Shown here one piece after another: positions 9,110 to 17,655 of a stretch of DNA of 42,278 bases. The notes under the pieces were generated by a model that was not told the origin of the DNA, did not search any database, and worked only from the letters and a program-made list of their open reading frames with translations. Numbering within the stretch: position 1 is the first letter of the stretch; the number at the start of each line of letters is the position of its first letter. The position numbers and the translations under genes are program-made. Origin of the DNA: an uncultured Gammaproteobacteria bacterium (GTDB lineage Bacteria > Patescibacteriota > Microgenomatia > Daviesbacterales > UBA10151); assembly GCA_964523905.1 (NCBI GenBank), contig CAZFYQ010000006.1:4287-46564 (forward strand). Direction: 5' to 3'.

Positions 9110-9346
9110 TTAGTAAGAACTGGAGGTTGCAGGCTCAGATGAAGCAGGTTTCTGGGTGATACCAAGTAACCATAAGACGGCTTCTTTTTTGTAACGGCGA
9201 TCACCCCTAGAGTTAATTCTAATAGCTGGAAGCTTGCCTCTTTTGCCCCATCTTTTAATAGTCAGAGGAGAAACTCTCAATACTTCAGCAACTTCTTTAA
9301 CAGTTAAAAGATCGGGTAAATTTTCGAGTGATAGTTTGTCAGTCAT
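9110..9346 (-). CDS. stand-alone MerR/excisionase-like (BldC-like) HTH protein
   Basis: LLTVKEVAEVLRVSPLTIKRWGKRGKLPAIRINSRGDRRY. Confidence 0.88.
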   Translation of the reverse strand: MTDKLSLENLPDLLTVKEVAEVLRVSPLTIKRWGKRGKLPAIRINSRGDRRYKKEAVLWLLGITQKPASSEPATSSSY

Positions 9347-9408
9347 AAGAAATAATAACTACTCAATGTATATCATAGTAAGCAAAAGAGTGTCAATAGA
9401 CCAGATTC

Positions 9409-9438
9409 AAAAAAGTCCCGATTGCTCGGGACTTTTTT
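9409..9438. terminator. intrinsic terminator after rplL (bidirectional form)
   Basis: A6-GTCCCGA ttgc TCGGGAC-T6. Confidence 0.85.
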
Positions 9439-9462
9439 AATTCAAAGGAATTGACTCTTTGA

Positions 9463-10029
9463 TTACTGTAACTCAACTGTCCCGCCAGCGGCGGTCAGTT
9501 TAGTCTTTGCTTCTTCAGCTGTTGCTTTGTTAACACCTTCCAAAACTGGTTTCGGTGCTGCTTCGACCAAATCCTTAGCTTCTTTAAGTCCAAGAGTAGG
9601 TACGATTTCACGAACTGCTTTAATTACTGAAATCTTATTCGCTCCACCAGCGGTTAAGATCACATTAAAGGTAGTTTTTTCCTCAGCTGGTTCTCCAGCG
9701 GCTGCTCCAGCACCGGCTGCAGCTATTGCAACTGGGGCTGATGCAGAAACTCCAAAGCGGTCTTCCAAAGCATGAACTAAATCTGCCAGTTCCAAAACAG
9801 AGAGGGTTTCAATCTGTTCAATAATCTTTTCTAAATTACCTGAAACTGGTTTGGCTGCTTTTTTCGGTTCCTCTTTGACTTCCTCTTTAACTTCTTCCTT
9901 AACTTCTTCTACTTTTTCAGTAGCTTCGACTGCAGCTTCTGTAGCTTCCTCAGCTTTTTCAACAGCTTCGGTTGCAGCCTCTTCAGCTTGCTCAACTTTT
10001 TCTTCAACATTTGCATTATCATCTGCCAT
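9463..10029 (-). CDS. rplL: 50S ribosomal protein L7/L12 with acidic N-terminal extension
   Basis: [10 protein letters not shown]...[39 protein letters not shown]; GGAGG upstream. Confidence 0.97.
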   Translation of the reverse strand: MADDNANVEEKVEQAEEAATEAVEKAEEATEAAVEATEKVEEVKEEVKEEVKEEPKKAAKPVSGNLEKIIEQIETLSVLELADLVHALEDRFGVSASAPVAIAAAGAGAAAGEPAEEKTTFNVILTAGGANKISVIKAVREIVPTLGLKEAKDLVEAAPKPVLEGVNKATAEEAKTKLTAAGGTVELQ

Positions 10030-10035
10030 AAATTA

Positions 10036-10578
10036 TTAAACACCTCCCTTCGATTTTTGTTCTGAAAGACGTGTTATTTCACTTAGTGCATAGACTAAGT
10101 TACGTAAATTTGCTTGTAATACGCCGACAATTCCTTGGAGAGGTGCAACTAAAACTCCCACGGTTTTAGCTCGCAACTCATCTTTAGAAGGCAAAGAGGA
10201 TAGTTGGATAATTTTATCAAAACTTAAGTATTCTTCACCTAAAAATCCAGCCTTTACTTTACCTTTTCCTGCCTCTTTTAAAGATTTAACCAGGGTTTTT
10301 ATTGGAGAAATCTCATCATCAAAGGAAAATAAAGTAGCAGTAGGGCCATTTAAGCTGGAAGCTGGAAGTTCGACGTTAGAAGCTGGAAGGGCACGGGATA
10401 ACAGAGTATTTTTAGTAATGGTAAATTCCGCTTGCTGGTCACGTAGTTTATTACGCAAGTCACTAAGCTGGCTCATGGTTAGACCCTGATAATCGGCAAA
10501 GACCACTGATTTGGCTTTAGCAAATTTTTCAGTTAGTTTAACAACTGTCTCTTCTTTTTGTATTCTTGTTTTCGGCAT
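10036..10578 (-). CDS. rplJ: 50S ribosomal protein L10
   Basis: DYQGLT...LR...KNTL...GPT...LPSKDEL. Start taken at MPKTRIQK. Confidence 0.95.
   Translation of the reverse strand: MPKTRIQKEETVVKLTEKFAKAKSVVFADYQGLTMSQLSDLRNKLRDQQAEFTITKNTLLSRALPASNVELPASSLNGPTATLFSFDDEISPIKTLVKSLKEAGKGKVKAGFLGEEYLSFDKIIQLSSLPSKDELRAKTVGVLVAPLQGIVGVLQANLRNLVYALSEITRLSEQKSKGGV
10352..10386. repeat. in-frame heptamer tandem repeat in rplJ
   Basis: AAGCTGG AAGCTGG AAGTTCG ACGTTAG AAGCTGG (encodes PASNVELPASSL). Confidence 0.55.
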
Positions 10579-10659
10579 TTTGCGCTTCAAGTAGGATTTA
10601 GTTGGGCACCCACTTTCTTAAGCTGAAGTTATTCTAAGCTAAGTGATCTAATTTGTCAA
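10579..10659 (-). promoter_or_regulatory. rplJL promoter and compact L10-leader-like RNA
   Basis: TTGACA-17-TAGAAT on the minus strand (10659-10631), then AAGAAAGUGGGUG...CUAAAU-CCUACUUGAAG, resembling the L10 leader core. Confidence 0.6.
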
Positions 10660-10660
10660 T

Positions 10661-12295
10661 CTATTTGAAGGCTTTAATATATTGATCAAAACCAGTTAAA
10701 ATTCTTTCCGGGGTTAAATCCTTTATACCCAATTCTTTGGCTGTTTGACGAATTGCCTGAGCAGTAATTTCCCTTTGCTTACCCAATACTAAGCCATTAG
10801 ATATTAAAGTTTTTCCAGTGATCTCATCAGCCATGTTATCCTGGCAAGTTTGTTTATAGAAGTTAAGAAAAGCCCATCTGCCGTCTCCTTCTTCGATAAA
10901 ATATTTGGTAAAATAGCCACCAAAACGATAGGCATATTCTATCTCCTCTTTTACATCTGTCAACACATGCCCTGCTGCTGAGAGCATTGCTGTATGCGAG
11001 CCTCCCACCTGGATTCCTTTTTCCTCGAGAGTGATTACATCGTCCCGACCATAGTAATATTTAACATTGTTACTTTCGTCATCCGGGGCAACCTCATTAC
11101 CAAAGTAAATAGCAGCCCCTTCGGAAGCCATTGGTGAGTGACTGCGACCCCATTTATGACCTAAATAGGCATGAGTATATTCATGGGCAGCTGTGCCCAT
11201 TTTGCGATCGGTTATATCCAGAATAATTGTACTTCCCATACCATCTGCTGCTGCACGAGGACAATATTTAGAACCAGGTACGAGTAGAACTTCTACTTTA
11301 CCTGGCATTTTGCCCAGGCCAATTCTTCTTTCTACCTCTTGCTCTGTTTTTATCAGTTGATCCAATTTATTTTCATAACCAACAGGGTAAAGAAACACTA
11401 AATTCCCAACTTCTTTTCTTTGCCAACTAAATTTAGTTTCCAGTTCTTTACGATGACGAAGCGATTTATTGCCACTTGGTGTTATAGAATTTTCCCAACG
11501 GGTTAATAACCTGGAAAGCTGTGTTGGTAAATCTTCTGATGCTTCTGCTGCTGGCTCCGGCTGAGGTTGTTCTGGTTTTTCAGCTACTTCCAGTTGGGTA
11601 CCATTACTGGAGTCTAGATCTTTGACAATATATACTCCTCCGTAGCTACCACCAATTTGCGTAAGCTCAATATGATGTCTTGAAATACTAGTATCGTGAA
11701 TACTTAAAGCATTATCGGGCGTTCTACCAATTGTGATTTTTTTAATGTCTTGACCGGGAAGTTCATCAATTAACATCACTTTACCATCAACCATTAAAAC
11801 AGCTTGATCGTTATTTCTAGTTAAAACCACAGTGGAACGACCAATTTTTATTGTGACTGGATCCTCTAAAATAAAGGGCTTAGAAGACTGACCGGGTAAC
11901 AAAATTTCTTTACCGTCAATGCCTTTTATAGTTTCTACAGCAGTACCATTAGTAGAAGTATCTTTAACAGTGGTGTTTAAAAAAACTGGTGTTAAGGTTG
12001 CATGTTGACGCGAAACTTTATGATCTGGAAGATGAATATCTGATCCTAAATCTCTGCCTATTTGAATCTGTGGTTGATTAAATCTATGGGCATTTATATC
12101 GGCGTCACTAATTATTAAACCAGAAGTAAATACTCCGGCTTGTCCAGGCTTAGCATCAGAATAAATAGTGGGTATGACAATAAACCTATTTTCCCCAATA
12201 GACAGTTGAATTGGGCCTGCAAATTTAGCTGATTCATTGTGCAGTTTTCTTTCTGCTGGATTTATTGCTTGAGGTTCCAGAACTGCGGCTTCCAT
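10661..12295 (-). CDS. tandem FHA domains fused to a gluzincin-like metallopeptidase domain
   Basis: IGR...VSRQHA...D..TNGT and IGR...ISRHH...DLDSSNGT; C-terminal AHEYTH with downstream SEGAA. Confidence 0.75.
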   Translation of the reverse strand: MEAAVLEPQAINPAERKLHNESAKFAGPIQLSIGENRFIVIPTIYSDAKPGQAGVFTSGLIISDADINAHRFNQPQIQIGRDLGSDIHLPDHKVSRQHATLTPVFLNTTVKDTSTNGTAVETIKGIDGKEILLPGQSSKPFILEDPVTIKIGRSTVVLTRNNDQAVLMVDGKVMLIDELPGQDIKKITIGRTPDNALSIHDTSISRHHIELTQIGGSYGGVYIVKDLDSSNGTQLEVAEKPEQPQPEPAAEASEDLPTQLSRLLTRWENSITPSGNKSLRHRKELETKFSWQRKEVGNLVFLYPVGYENKLDQLIKTEQEVERRIGLGKMPGKVEVLLVPGSKYCPRAAADGMGSTIILDITDRKMGTAAHEYTHAYLGHKWGRSHSPMASEGAAIYFGNEVAPDDESNNVKYYYGRDDVITLEEKGIQVGGSHTAMLSAAGHVLTDVKEEIEYAYRFGGYFTKYFIEEGDGRWAFLNFYKQTCQDNMADEITGKTLISNGLVLGKQREITAQAIRQTAKELGIKDLTPERILTGFDQYIKAFK

Positions 12296-12313
12296 ATAAT
12301 TACTATACTATAT

Positions 12314-13198
12314 CTACTTAGGAATCCACATCCAGTAACCATTGCTTTGGGTGGCAGGTCCTCCCATTGGTGGGGGGTTGGATTCTATTGAGGCTGAGGC
12401 AGTGGAGCTGGCAGGTGTCGGAATTGGTGAACTCCAAGCTCCGGTTGTTCCTGTGGTATCGATATTTTTAGAAACTATGCCTAAATCATAAACATTTATC
12501 AGCCCGTCTTTGTTAAAGTCAGCATTGTCATCCCAATTACTTGATGACGGGGTAGCGCCAAAGGCTTTTAAGACAATGGAATAATCCGATGAATTAACCA
12601 CATTATCCTCATTTAAATCGCCAGAGGTTAAATTAATGACCGTTCCTTCATTTAAACTGGTGATATTTGGAGCAACCACAAAGGAAACTGCAGCAGCCAG
12701 TTGAGCAGGTCCTTTTAGTATGGCAGTATATTTATTGCCGACAGTTAAACCGGCTAAAGATAAATTGCTATATATTCCATTGGCCGGTAGATCAATGCTA
12801 AAACTTAACACAAATTTGGGATTTGCTGTTAAATCGCCCTCAATAATTCCAATAAATAATTTACTGGCCTCGTTACCTGCCGGCCGGCCTTCTAAACTAG
12901 CTTTAAACGACATTGTGGGGCCAAAGGAATTAGCCGTGGTGGGCAGTGATTCATCAAGGGTGGGAACCGGGGTGACAGAAATAGCGGTGCTTTCTTTTAG
13001 AGATTGCTCTAGTAGCTGGGTTTTGGCTGAGGCTGTGGCAGTTTTAGAAGGAGATAAAGTAGGGGTAGGCTGGTCAATGCCTGCTGCCTTGCTGGTGACA
13101 TTTTGTTCTTTGGAAGCTAAAAAGGCCCCTACTGGAATTGACAGGACTAAGAAGACATAAACTCCGATAATGATGCGCTGTTTCAGGGAGGTAAACAT
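12314..13198 (-). CDS. membrane-anchored protein with a dockerin-like domain
   Basis: N-terminal TM helix, Thr/Pro linker, GDLNEDNVVNSSD...ADFNKDGLINVYD Ca-loop pair. Confidence 0.8.
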   Translation of the reverse strand: MFTSLKQRIIIGVYVFLVLSIPVGAFLASKEQNVTSKAAGIDQPTPTLSPSKTATASAKTQLLEQSLKESTAISVTPVPTLDESLPTTANSFGPTMSFKASLEGRPAGNEASKLFIGIIEGDLTANPKFVLSFSIDLPANGIYSNLSLAGLTVGNKYTAILKGPAQLAAAVSFVVAPNITSLNEGTVINLTSGDLNEDNVVNSSDYSIVLKAFGATPSSSNWDDNADFNKDGLINVYDLGIVSKNIDTTGTTGAWSSPIPTPASSTASASIESNPPPMGGPATQSNGYWMWIPK

Positions 13199-13203
13199 AG
13201 ATT

Positions 13204-13269
13204 AGGGTACAGGGTATAGGGTACAGGGTATAGTTAAACCTAAACGCTGTACGCTATTTTCTATACGCT
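13204..13269. repeat. heptamer-periodic hairpin element, copy 1
   Basis: (AGGGTAY)x4 AGTTA AACCT AAACGCT GTACGCT ATTTTCT ATACGCT. Confidence 0.85.
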
Positions 13270-13308
13270 CTATAGTGTATATTTAAGGAGCAAGATTGGC
13301 AACTATTA

Positions 13309-14295
13309 ATGATAAAAATCTTACTAAATAGTATTCTAGGCATAGTTTTAATACTGGTTTGGTCACATTTTGTAAATATTGGACAAATTTTCCAAACTCT
13401 GCAAAAAGTTAATCCATTTATTTTACTGATCATTTTTTTCTTCATGTTGCTGGCCTTAAGTTTGCGGGCTCTGAGATTTAAGATTTTTTTGGCAGAAGTT
13501 AAACAAATTCCCTTAATGGATTTAATTTTCTTAAATGGGGTGGCCATGATGCTTAATTTTTTCATTCCAATTCGGGCAGGGGAGATTGCCAAAGGAGTTT
13601 ATTTAAACAATCGTTATCAAATCAATTTAGGCAAAGCCATTGTGTGGACTTTTATTGACCGGTTGGTGGATTTTCTGGGAGTGCTCCTTTTGGGTGCAGT
13701 TTTATTTTTTGTTGTGCCAACCTCACTTAACATCACTTTCATCTACATTATTATAGTGATGCTACTTATTAGCCTGGGAATTACCTACTTGGCAGTATTT
13801 CAACTAAGACTTGCGCGAAAATTGTTTGATTTTCTGAGGGGTCTGTTGATAATAAAGCCTATTAAGATATACTTTGATAAGTTTACGTCATTCATTTTAG
13901 AATCGTTTGCTATTTTGGACCGTCACCCCAAAGATCTACTGTTAATGACCATTATTACCATAGGAGCATATGGAGCAGATGCGGCGATTTGGTATTTTAC
14001 TTTTCTTTCACTGGGATCTCATCAGCAATATCTCAAAATGTATTTGGGTCAGTTACTGTCTGCCTTAACTTATCTGATCCCGGCAGCCCCGGGTTATGTT
14101 GGTTCTGCAGAAGCATCAGGAGCAGTAATTCTAACTGGTGTATTTGGTATTAATGTCAATTTGGCATCTGCGATGATTGTGCTATTCCATATTTCTTCAG
14201 CAATATGGGTTCTAATCTTTGGATTAATCTCTTTGCAGTTTTTAAAACTTAATTTAGGAGAGGTATTTAAAAAAGCGTTCGGAAAGGGTAATTAG
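13309..14295 (+). CDS. lysylphosphatidylglycerol synthase TM / flippase-like membrane protein (UPF0104)
   Basis: LRALRF, NFFIPIRAGE, DRLVD, IPAAPGYVGSAE; multiple TM helices. Confidence 0.85.
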   Translation: MIKILLNSILGIVLILVWSHFVNIGQIFQTLQKVNPFILLIIFFFMLLALSLRALRFKIFLAEVKQIPLMDLIFLNGVAMMLNFFIPIRAGEIAKGVYLNNRYQINLGKAIVWTFIDRLVDFLGVLLLGAVLFFVVPTSLNITFIYIIIVMLLISLGITYLAVFQLRLARKLFDFLRGLLIIKPIKIYFDKFTSFILESFAILDRHPKDLLLMTIITIGAYGADAAIWYFTFLSLGSHQQYLKMYLGQLLSALTYLIPAAPGYVGSAEASGAVILTGVFGINVNLASAMIVLFHISSAIWVLIFGLISLQFLKLNLGEVFKKAFGKGN

Positions 14296-14301
14296 GGAGA
14301 T

Positions 14302-14865
14302 ATGGATAATCAGAATAATCAGGGAAAGAAAAAAGCTGGATATGAGTATTTGCTCGCTTATAAATTAACAGTGCCAATTTATGATTATACAATTGAGTTT
14401 TGCAAAAGGTGGATTGATTATAAATCTAGGACAAAAGACCAGATGGAGCAAGCAGCCAGGTCTGGTATGCAGAATATTTTGGAGGGTAACAAACAGCAAG
14501 GATTGAGTGGATATATTAAGTTGTCTGGAGTTTCAAGAGGCTCGCTGGAAGAGCTTTTAAAAGATTATTTAGCCTTTGCCAGGCAGAATAAACTTCAGAT
14601 TTGGGAAAAAGAAAGGGTAATCAGGGAGATTAGAGAGATAGAGGAAATCTGGAAAATTTTAAGACAGCCTTATCTTCCTGATAACCCCAATTTCCCCAAT
14701 CTCCCGACAGATCAACAACAAACTGTAAATTTGATGATAACCCTGATTAATCAGGCTAATTACTTGATTGATAAGTTGATTGTCTCTCTTAAAGAAAAGC
14801 ATAAAAAAGAAGGTGGCTTGTCGGAGAAATTATATAGGGAAAGAAAAAACTTTCGAGGTTATTAA
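14302..14865 (+). CDS. four helix bundle protein (23S IVP/Avd-like) with suffix domain
   Basis: GYEYLLAY, SRTKDQMEQAARSGMQNILEG, SRGSLEELLKDY, NQANYLID...KEGGLSEKLY. Confidence 0.88.
   Translation: MDNQNNQGKKKAGYEYLLAYKLTVPIYDYTIEFCKRWIDYKSRTKDQMEQAARSGMQNILEGNKQQGLSGYIKLSGVSRGSLEELLKDYLAFARQNKLQIWEKERVIREIREIEEIWKILRQPYLPDNPNFPNLPTDQQQTVNLMITLINQANYLIDKLIVSLKEKHKKEGGLSEKLYRERKNFRGY
14614..14705. repeat. nonamer-periodic imperfect inverted repeat inside the four-helix-bundle gene
   Basis: AGGGTAATC AGGGAGATT AGAGAGATA GAGGAAATC TGGAAAATT, then CCTTATCTT CCTGATAAC CCCAATTTC CCCAATCTC; related nonamers at 14282-14328. Confidence 0.7.
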
Positions 14866-15725
14866 ATACTGGCTAAGTCCAGCTTAACTCCGGGGCCCAT
14901 GGTGGGAGATAAAGTTACTTTTTTATAGCGTGATTTACCTAAAGTAGTTAATAGAACTTTGATATTGGCAGCTAATTCTTCATTGGGCTGATTTAATTTA
15001 CCAACTGCCAAATGAATCACAGCAGCTTTGGATTCTGTTTTATACTCAGTTTTACCAGCTGCAAAACCTGATACAGCTTTTTCTAAGTCTGTAGCAATAG
15101 TACCGTTTTTAGGATTTGGCATTAAACCGCGCGGACCCAGGATTTTAGCAGCTTTAGCCAATTTTGGCATCCAAGTTGGATGGGTAATAACTAAATCAAA
15201 ATCTAATTTGCCTTTGCTAATTTCATCAATTGTAGCCTCAGTACCAGTGGTGGCGCCCTCAGCCTCACCGCCAAAAACTACAATTCGCAGTTTTTTACCG
15301 GAGGCAAATGGTAAGGAAACCAGGCCGCGCATACCAGTAGAAATGGTATTAATATGAGTTTCTAAGGTGCCGGTAAATTTAGTCATAGACAGCTTTTTTA
15401 CTAAATCTAAGGCTTCATTTAAAGGATAAGCCTTAGTGCGATCTAAGTCCTCACTAATTTCTTGGTATTTTTTGGATCGTGGTTTGGCTTTACCAGGTTT
15501 TTGTGATTTCTTTTTAGGTTCCTCAGCTTTTTCGGCACTTTCCTGAGTAGATTGCTTCGCTTCACTCGCAATGACGGGAGTGGGTTCAGTCATGCCCAGT
15601 TCTTCTTTAAGCTGAGCGACTAAGGAATCCTCGCCTTTTTGAAGAGGTTTTTTCACCATTGGAGCTTTCTTAATTTTCTCCTCAGTTGCTGAATCATCAA
15701 TTGTGGCAATTTTTGTTTTTCCCAT
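14862..15725 (-). CDS. rplA: 50S ribosomal protein L1 with N-terminal extension
   Basis: MRGLVSLP, ILGPRGLMPNPKNGT, SPTMGPG. Confidence 0.96.
   Translation of the reverse strand: MGKTKIATIDDSATEEKIKKAPMVKKPLQKGEDSLVAQLKEELGMTEPTPVIASEAKQSTQESAEKAEEPKKKSQKPGKAKPRSKKYQEISEDLDRTKAYPLNEALDLVKKLSMTKFTGTLETHINTISTGMRGLVSLPFASGKKLRIVVFGGEAEGATTGTEATIDEISKGKLDFDLVITHPTWMPKLAKAAKILGPRGLMPNPKNGTIATDLEKAVSGFAAGKTEYKTESKAAVIHLAVGKLNQPNEELAANIKVLLTTLGKSRYKKVTLSPTMGPGVKLDLASI
15548..15576. repeat. half REP-like element in frame in the rplA extension
   Basis: Minus strand GTCATTGCGAGTGAAGCGAAGCAATCT (encodes VIASEAKQS). Confidence 0.65.
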
Positions 15726-15737
15726 TTTGTTTCTTGG

Positions 15738-16163
15738 TTATTGTATCTTCACGCCCATAGAGCGTGCTGTGCCTTCAACAATTTTCATTGCTGCTTCCAC
15801 ATTTTTAGTATTTAAATCCGGTAATTTAGCTTCAGCAATTGACCTGACCTGTGCACCAGTTAATGTACCAACTGGTTCTTTTAGGGCACTTCCAGAGCCT
15901 TTTTCTAAACTGAGGGCTTTTTTAATCATTTCGGCTACCGGCGGTTCTTTGGTAATAAAAGAAAAAGTGCGGTCCTCATATACAGTAATCACCACTGGTA
16001 ATACATTGCCTTTTTTAGGCTCAGTTCTTTCATTAAAGGCTTTAACAAATTCCATGATTGGCAGTCCATGTTGTCCCAGGGCTGGACCAACCGGAGGAGC
16101 AGCAGTAGCTTGGCCTGCTGGAATGTTAAGTTTTATAAAGGTTTTTATTTTCTTTACTGCCAT
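15738..16163 (-). CDS. rplK: 50S ribosomal protein L11
   Basis: [19 protein letters not shown]...GTARSMG. Confidence 0.98.
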   Translation of the reverse strand: MAVKKIKTFIKLNIPAGQATAAPPVGPALGQHGLPIMEFVKAFNERTEPKKGNVLPVVITVYEDRTFSFITKEPPVAEMIKKALSLEKGSGSALKEPVGTLTGAQVRSIAEAKLPDLNTKNVEAAMKIVEGTARSMGVKIQ

Positions 16164-16174
16164 ATTTGTCTTTC

Positions 16175-16232
16175 TGTCATTCTGAACGAAGTGAAGAATA
16201 TAATTATACCCTTCGCTACGCTCAGGGTGACA
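16175..16232. repeat. REP-like palindromic element between nusG and rplK
   Basis: TGTCATTCTGAACGAAGTGAAGAATATAATTATACCCTTCGCTACGCTCAGGGTGACA, nested inverted repeats. Confidence 0.8.
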
Positions 16233-16233
16233 A

Positions 16234-17034
16234 TTAAATCTTCTGTACTTGTAAAAAGTCCAGCTCTACAGGTGTCTCCCTTCCGAAAATAGAAACCAGC
16301 ACTTTAACCTTGCCGCGTTCTTTATCAACATTGTCAATTTTACCAATAAAGTCGGAAAATGGACCGTCCACAATTTTGACAGTGTCGTTAACTTCAAAGA
16401 CCTGTTTGTAAACCGGAGCTTCAGTTTGAGCAAAGCTAACAATGGTGGCTACTTCTGCCTCAGAAATAGGGGTGGGTTTGTTACCAATCCCCACAAAGCC
16501 AGTTACTCCTTGAGTGGTTCGAACAGCCAGCCAGGAAACATCATCTAAAATTAGTTTAACTAAAATATATCCGGGGAAGATTTTTTCTTTAACAGTCACT
16601 TTTTTACCGGATTTGATCTCGATTTTATCTTGAGTGGGGACTAAGACTTCTAAAATTTTAGCTTGCAAATGTTCGGATTCCACTCTTTGTTTTAAGGTCA
16701 CAGCCACTTTGTTTTCATGTCCGGAATAAGTATGAACTACATACCAACGAGCATTGGGATTGTCATTTTTTGGAGCAGGAACTGGAGTAACAGGTTGCTC
16801 AGCAGCTTCTGCTTGTTCATTGGGAACGATTTCCTCAGCCGGAGTTTCACCAACAATAGTTTCATTACCAGAATCGTTTGATGTAGTTTCTGGATCATCT
16901 AGGATTTCTGTAGTCTCATCACTAGTTGTTGGAGGAGTAGTCAGTTCAGCTGGTTCATCTGATGTAGGTTCTGTAACAGGTTCAGTTGTTTCTACCACTT
17001 CTTCTATATTTTTTGTTTGATCGTTAATGTCCAT
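16234..17034 (-). CDS. nusG: transcription factor NusG with ~90-aa acidic N-terminal extension
   Basis: [25 protein letters not shown]...[13 protein letters not shown]. Confidence 0.97.
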   Translation of the reverse strand: MDINDQTKNIEEVVETTEPVTEPTSDEPAELTTPPTTSDETTEILDDPETTSNDSGNETIVGETPAEEIVPNEQAEAAEQPVTPVPAPKNDNPNARWYVVHTYSGHENKVAVTLKQRVESEHLQAKILEVLVPTQDKIEIKSGKKVTVKEKIFPGYILVKLILDDVSWLAVRTTQGVTGFVGIGNKPTPISEAEVATIVSFAQTEAPVYKQVFEVNDTVKIVDGPFSDFIGKIDNVDKERGKVKVLVSIFGRETPVELDFLQVQKI

Positions 17035-17218
17035 AATGTTGTAATAAAAAAGCTGATAACAGAGTTAGTAAATAATCCAACCCTCCTAAAAAAAGCCCTA
17101 CTGCTACAGCCACAATAATTACCAAAACAGTATATCTGATGGTCTGTTCACGGCTGGGCCAGGCTACCTTAAACAGCTCCTCATAAACTTCTTTAAAAAA
17201 ACTTAATACATTGGGCAT
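17024..17218 (-). CDS. secE: preprotein translocase subunit SecE
   Basis: ELFKVAWPSR plus one TM helix; directly upstream of nusG. Confidence 0.93.
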   Translation of the reverse strand: MPNVLSFFKEVYEELFKVAWPSREQTIRYTVLVIIVAVAVGLFLGGLDYLLTLLSAFLLQHYGH

Positions 17219-17222
17219 AGCT

Positions 17223-17248
17223 AAAAAAAATCCTCCATAATTTGGAGG
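17223..17248 (-). terminator. terminator-like hairpin in the secE leader
   Basis: CCTCCA aatta TGGAGG A T8, ending 4 nt before the secE ATG. Confidence 0.55.
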
Positions 17249-17286
17249 TCTTGTGTCAAGTGTAGCAAATTTAAGTGTATAATGCA

Positions 17287-17655
17287 ATGGTGAAAAAGCA
17301 CCTGGCGATTTTTAAAGGAAGCGGAGGAGAGTTAATACTAAATGGAATAAAAACTATCGAAGCCCGTTTTTCCAAAAGTAAAATAGCTCCATTTGGGGTA
17401 GTTTCCCCAGGAGATTTAGTTTATATAAAGCCTGCGGGTAAAGATATAATTGGCCAGTTTAGGGTACAAAAAGTATTCTCGTTTGAAGGACTGGAGATGG
17501 GAGATATTAGCCAAATTAATGATATTTATGGTGTTGAAATAGCTAAAAATGCGAAGGTGGCCACTTTAATTTTCATTGAAAAAACAGTGCGCTTTTTAAC
17601 CTCACCTTTAAAAGTATCTAAAAAAGATTTGCGCGGTTGGGCAGTGCTGGATTAG
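17287..17655 (+). CDS. ASCH/PUA-like domain protein
   Basis: ILNGIKTIEARFS...PGDLVYIK...DLRGW. Confidence 0.75.
   Translation: MVKKHLAIFKGSGGELILNGIKTIEARFSKSKIAPFGVVSPGDLVYIKPAGKDIIGQFRVQKVFSFEGLEMGDISQINDIYGVEIAKNAKVATLIFIEKTVRFLTSPLKVSKKDLRGWAVLD

Noticed and set aside
9860-10010. Tandem DNA repeats in the rplL extension
   Set aside because: Periods are multiples of 3 and explained by EEVK/EEATEA peptide repeats.
13204-13269. CRISPR-like or guide-RNA array
   Set aside because: Units are 7 nt with no unique spacers, and no cas genes are present.
14302-14865. Diversity-generating retroelement
   Set aside because: Avd-like fold only; no reverse transcriptase or adenine-mismatched TR/VR pair seen in the window.
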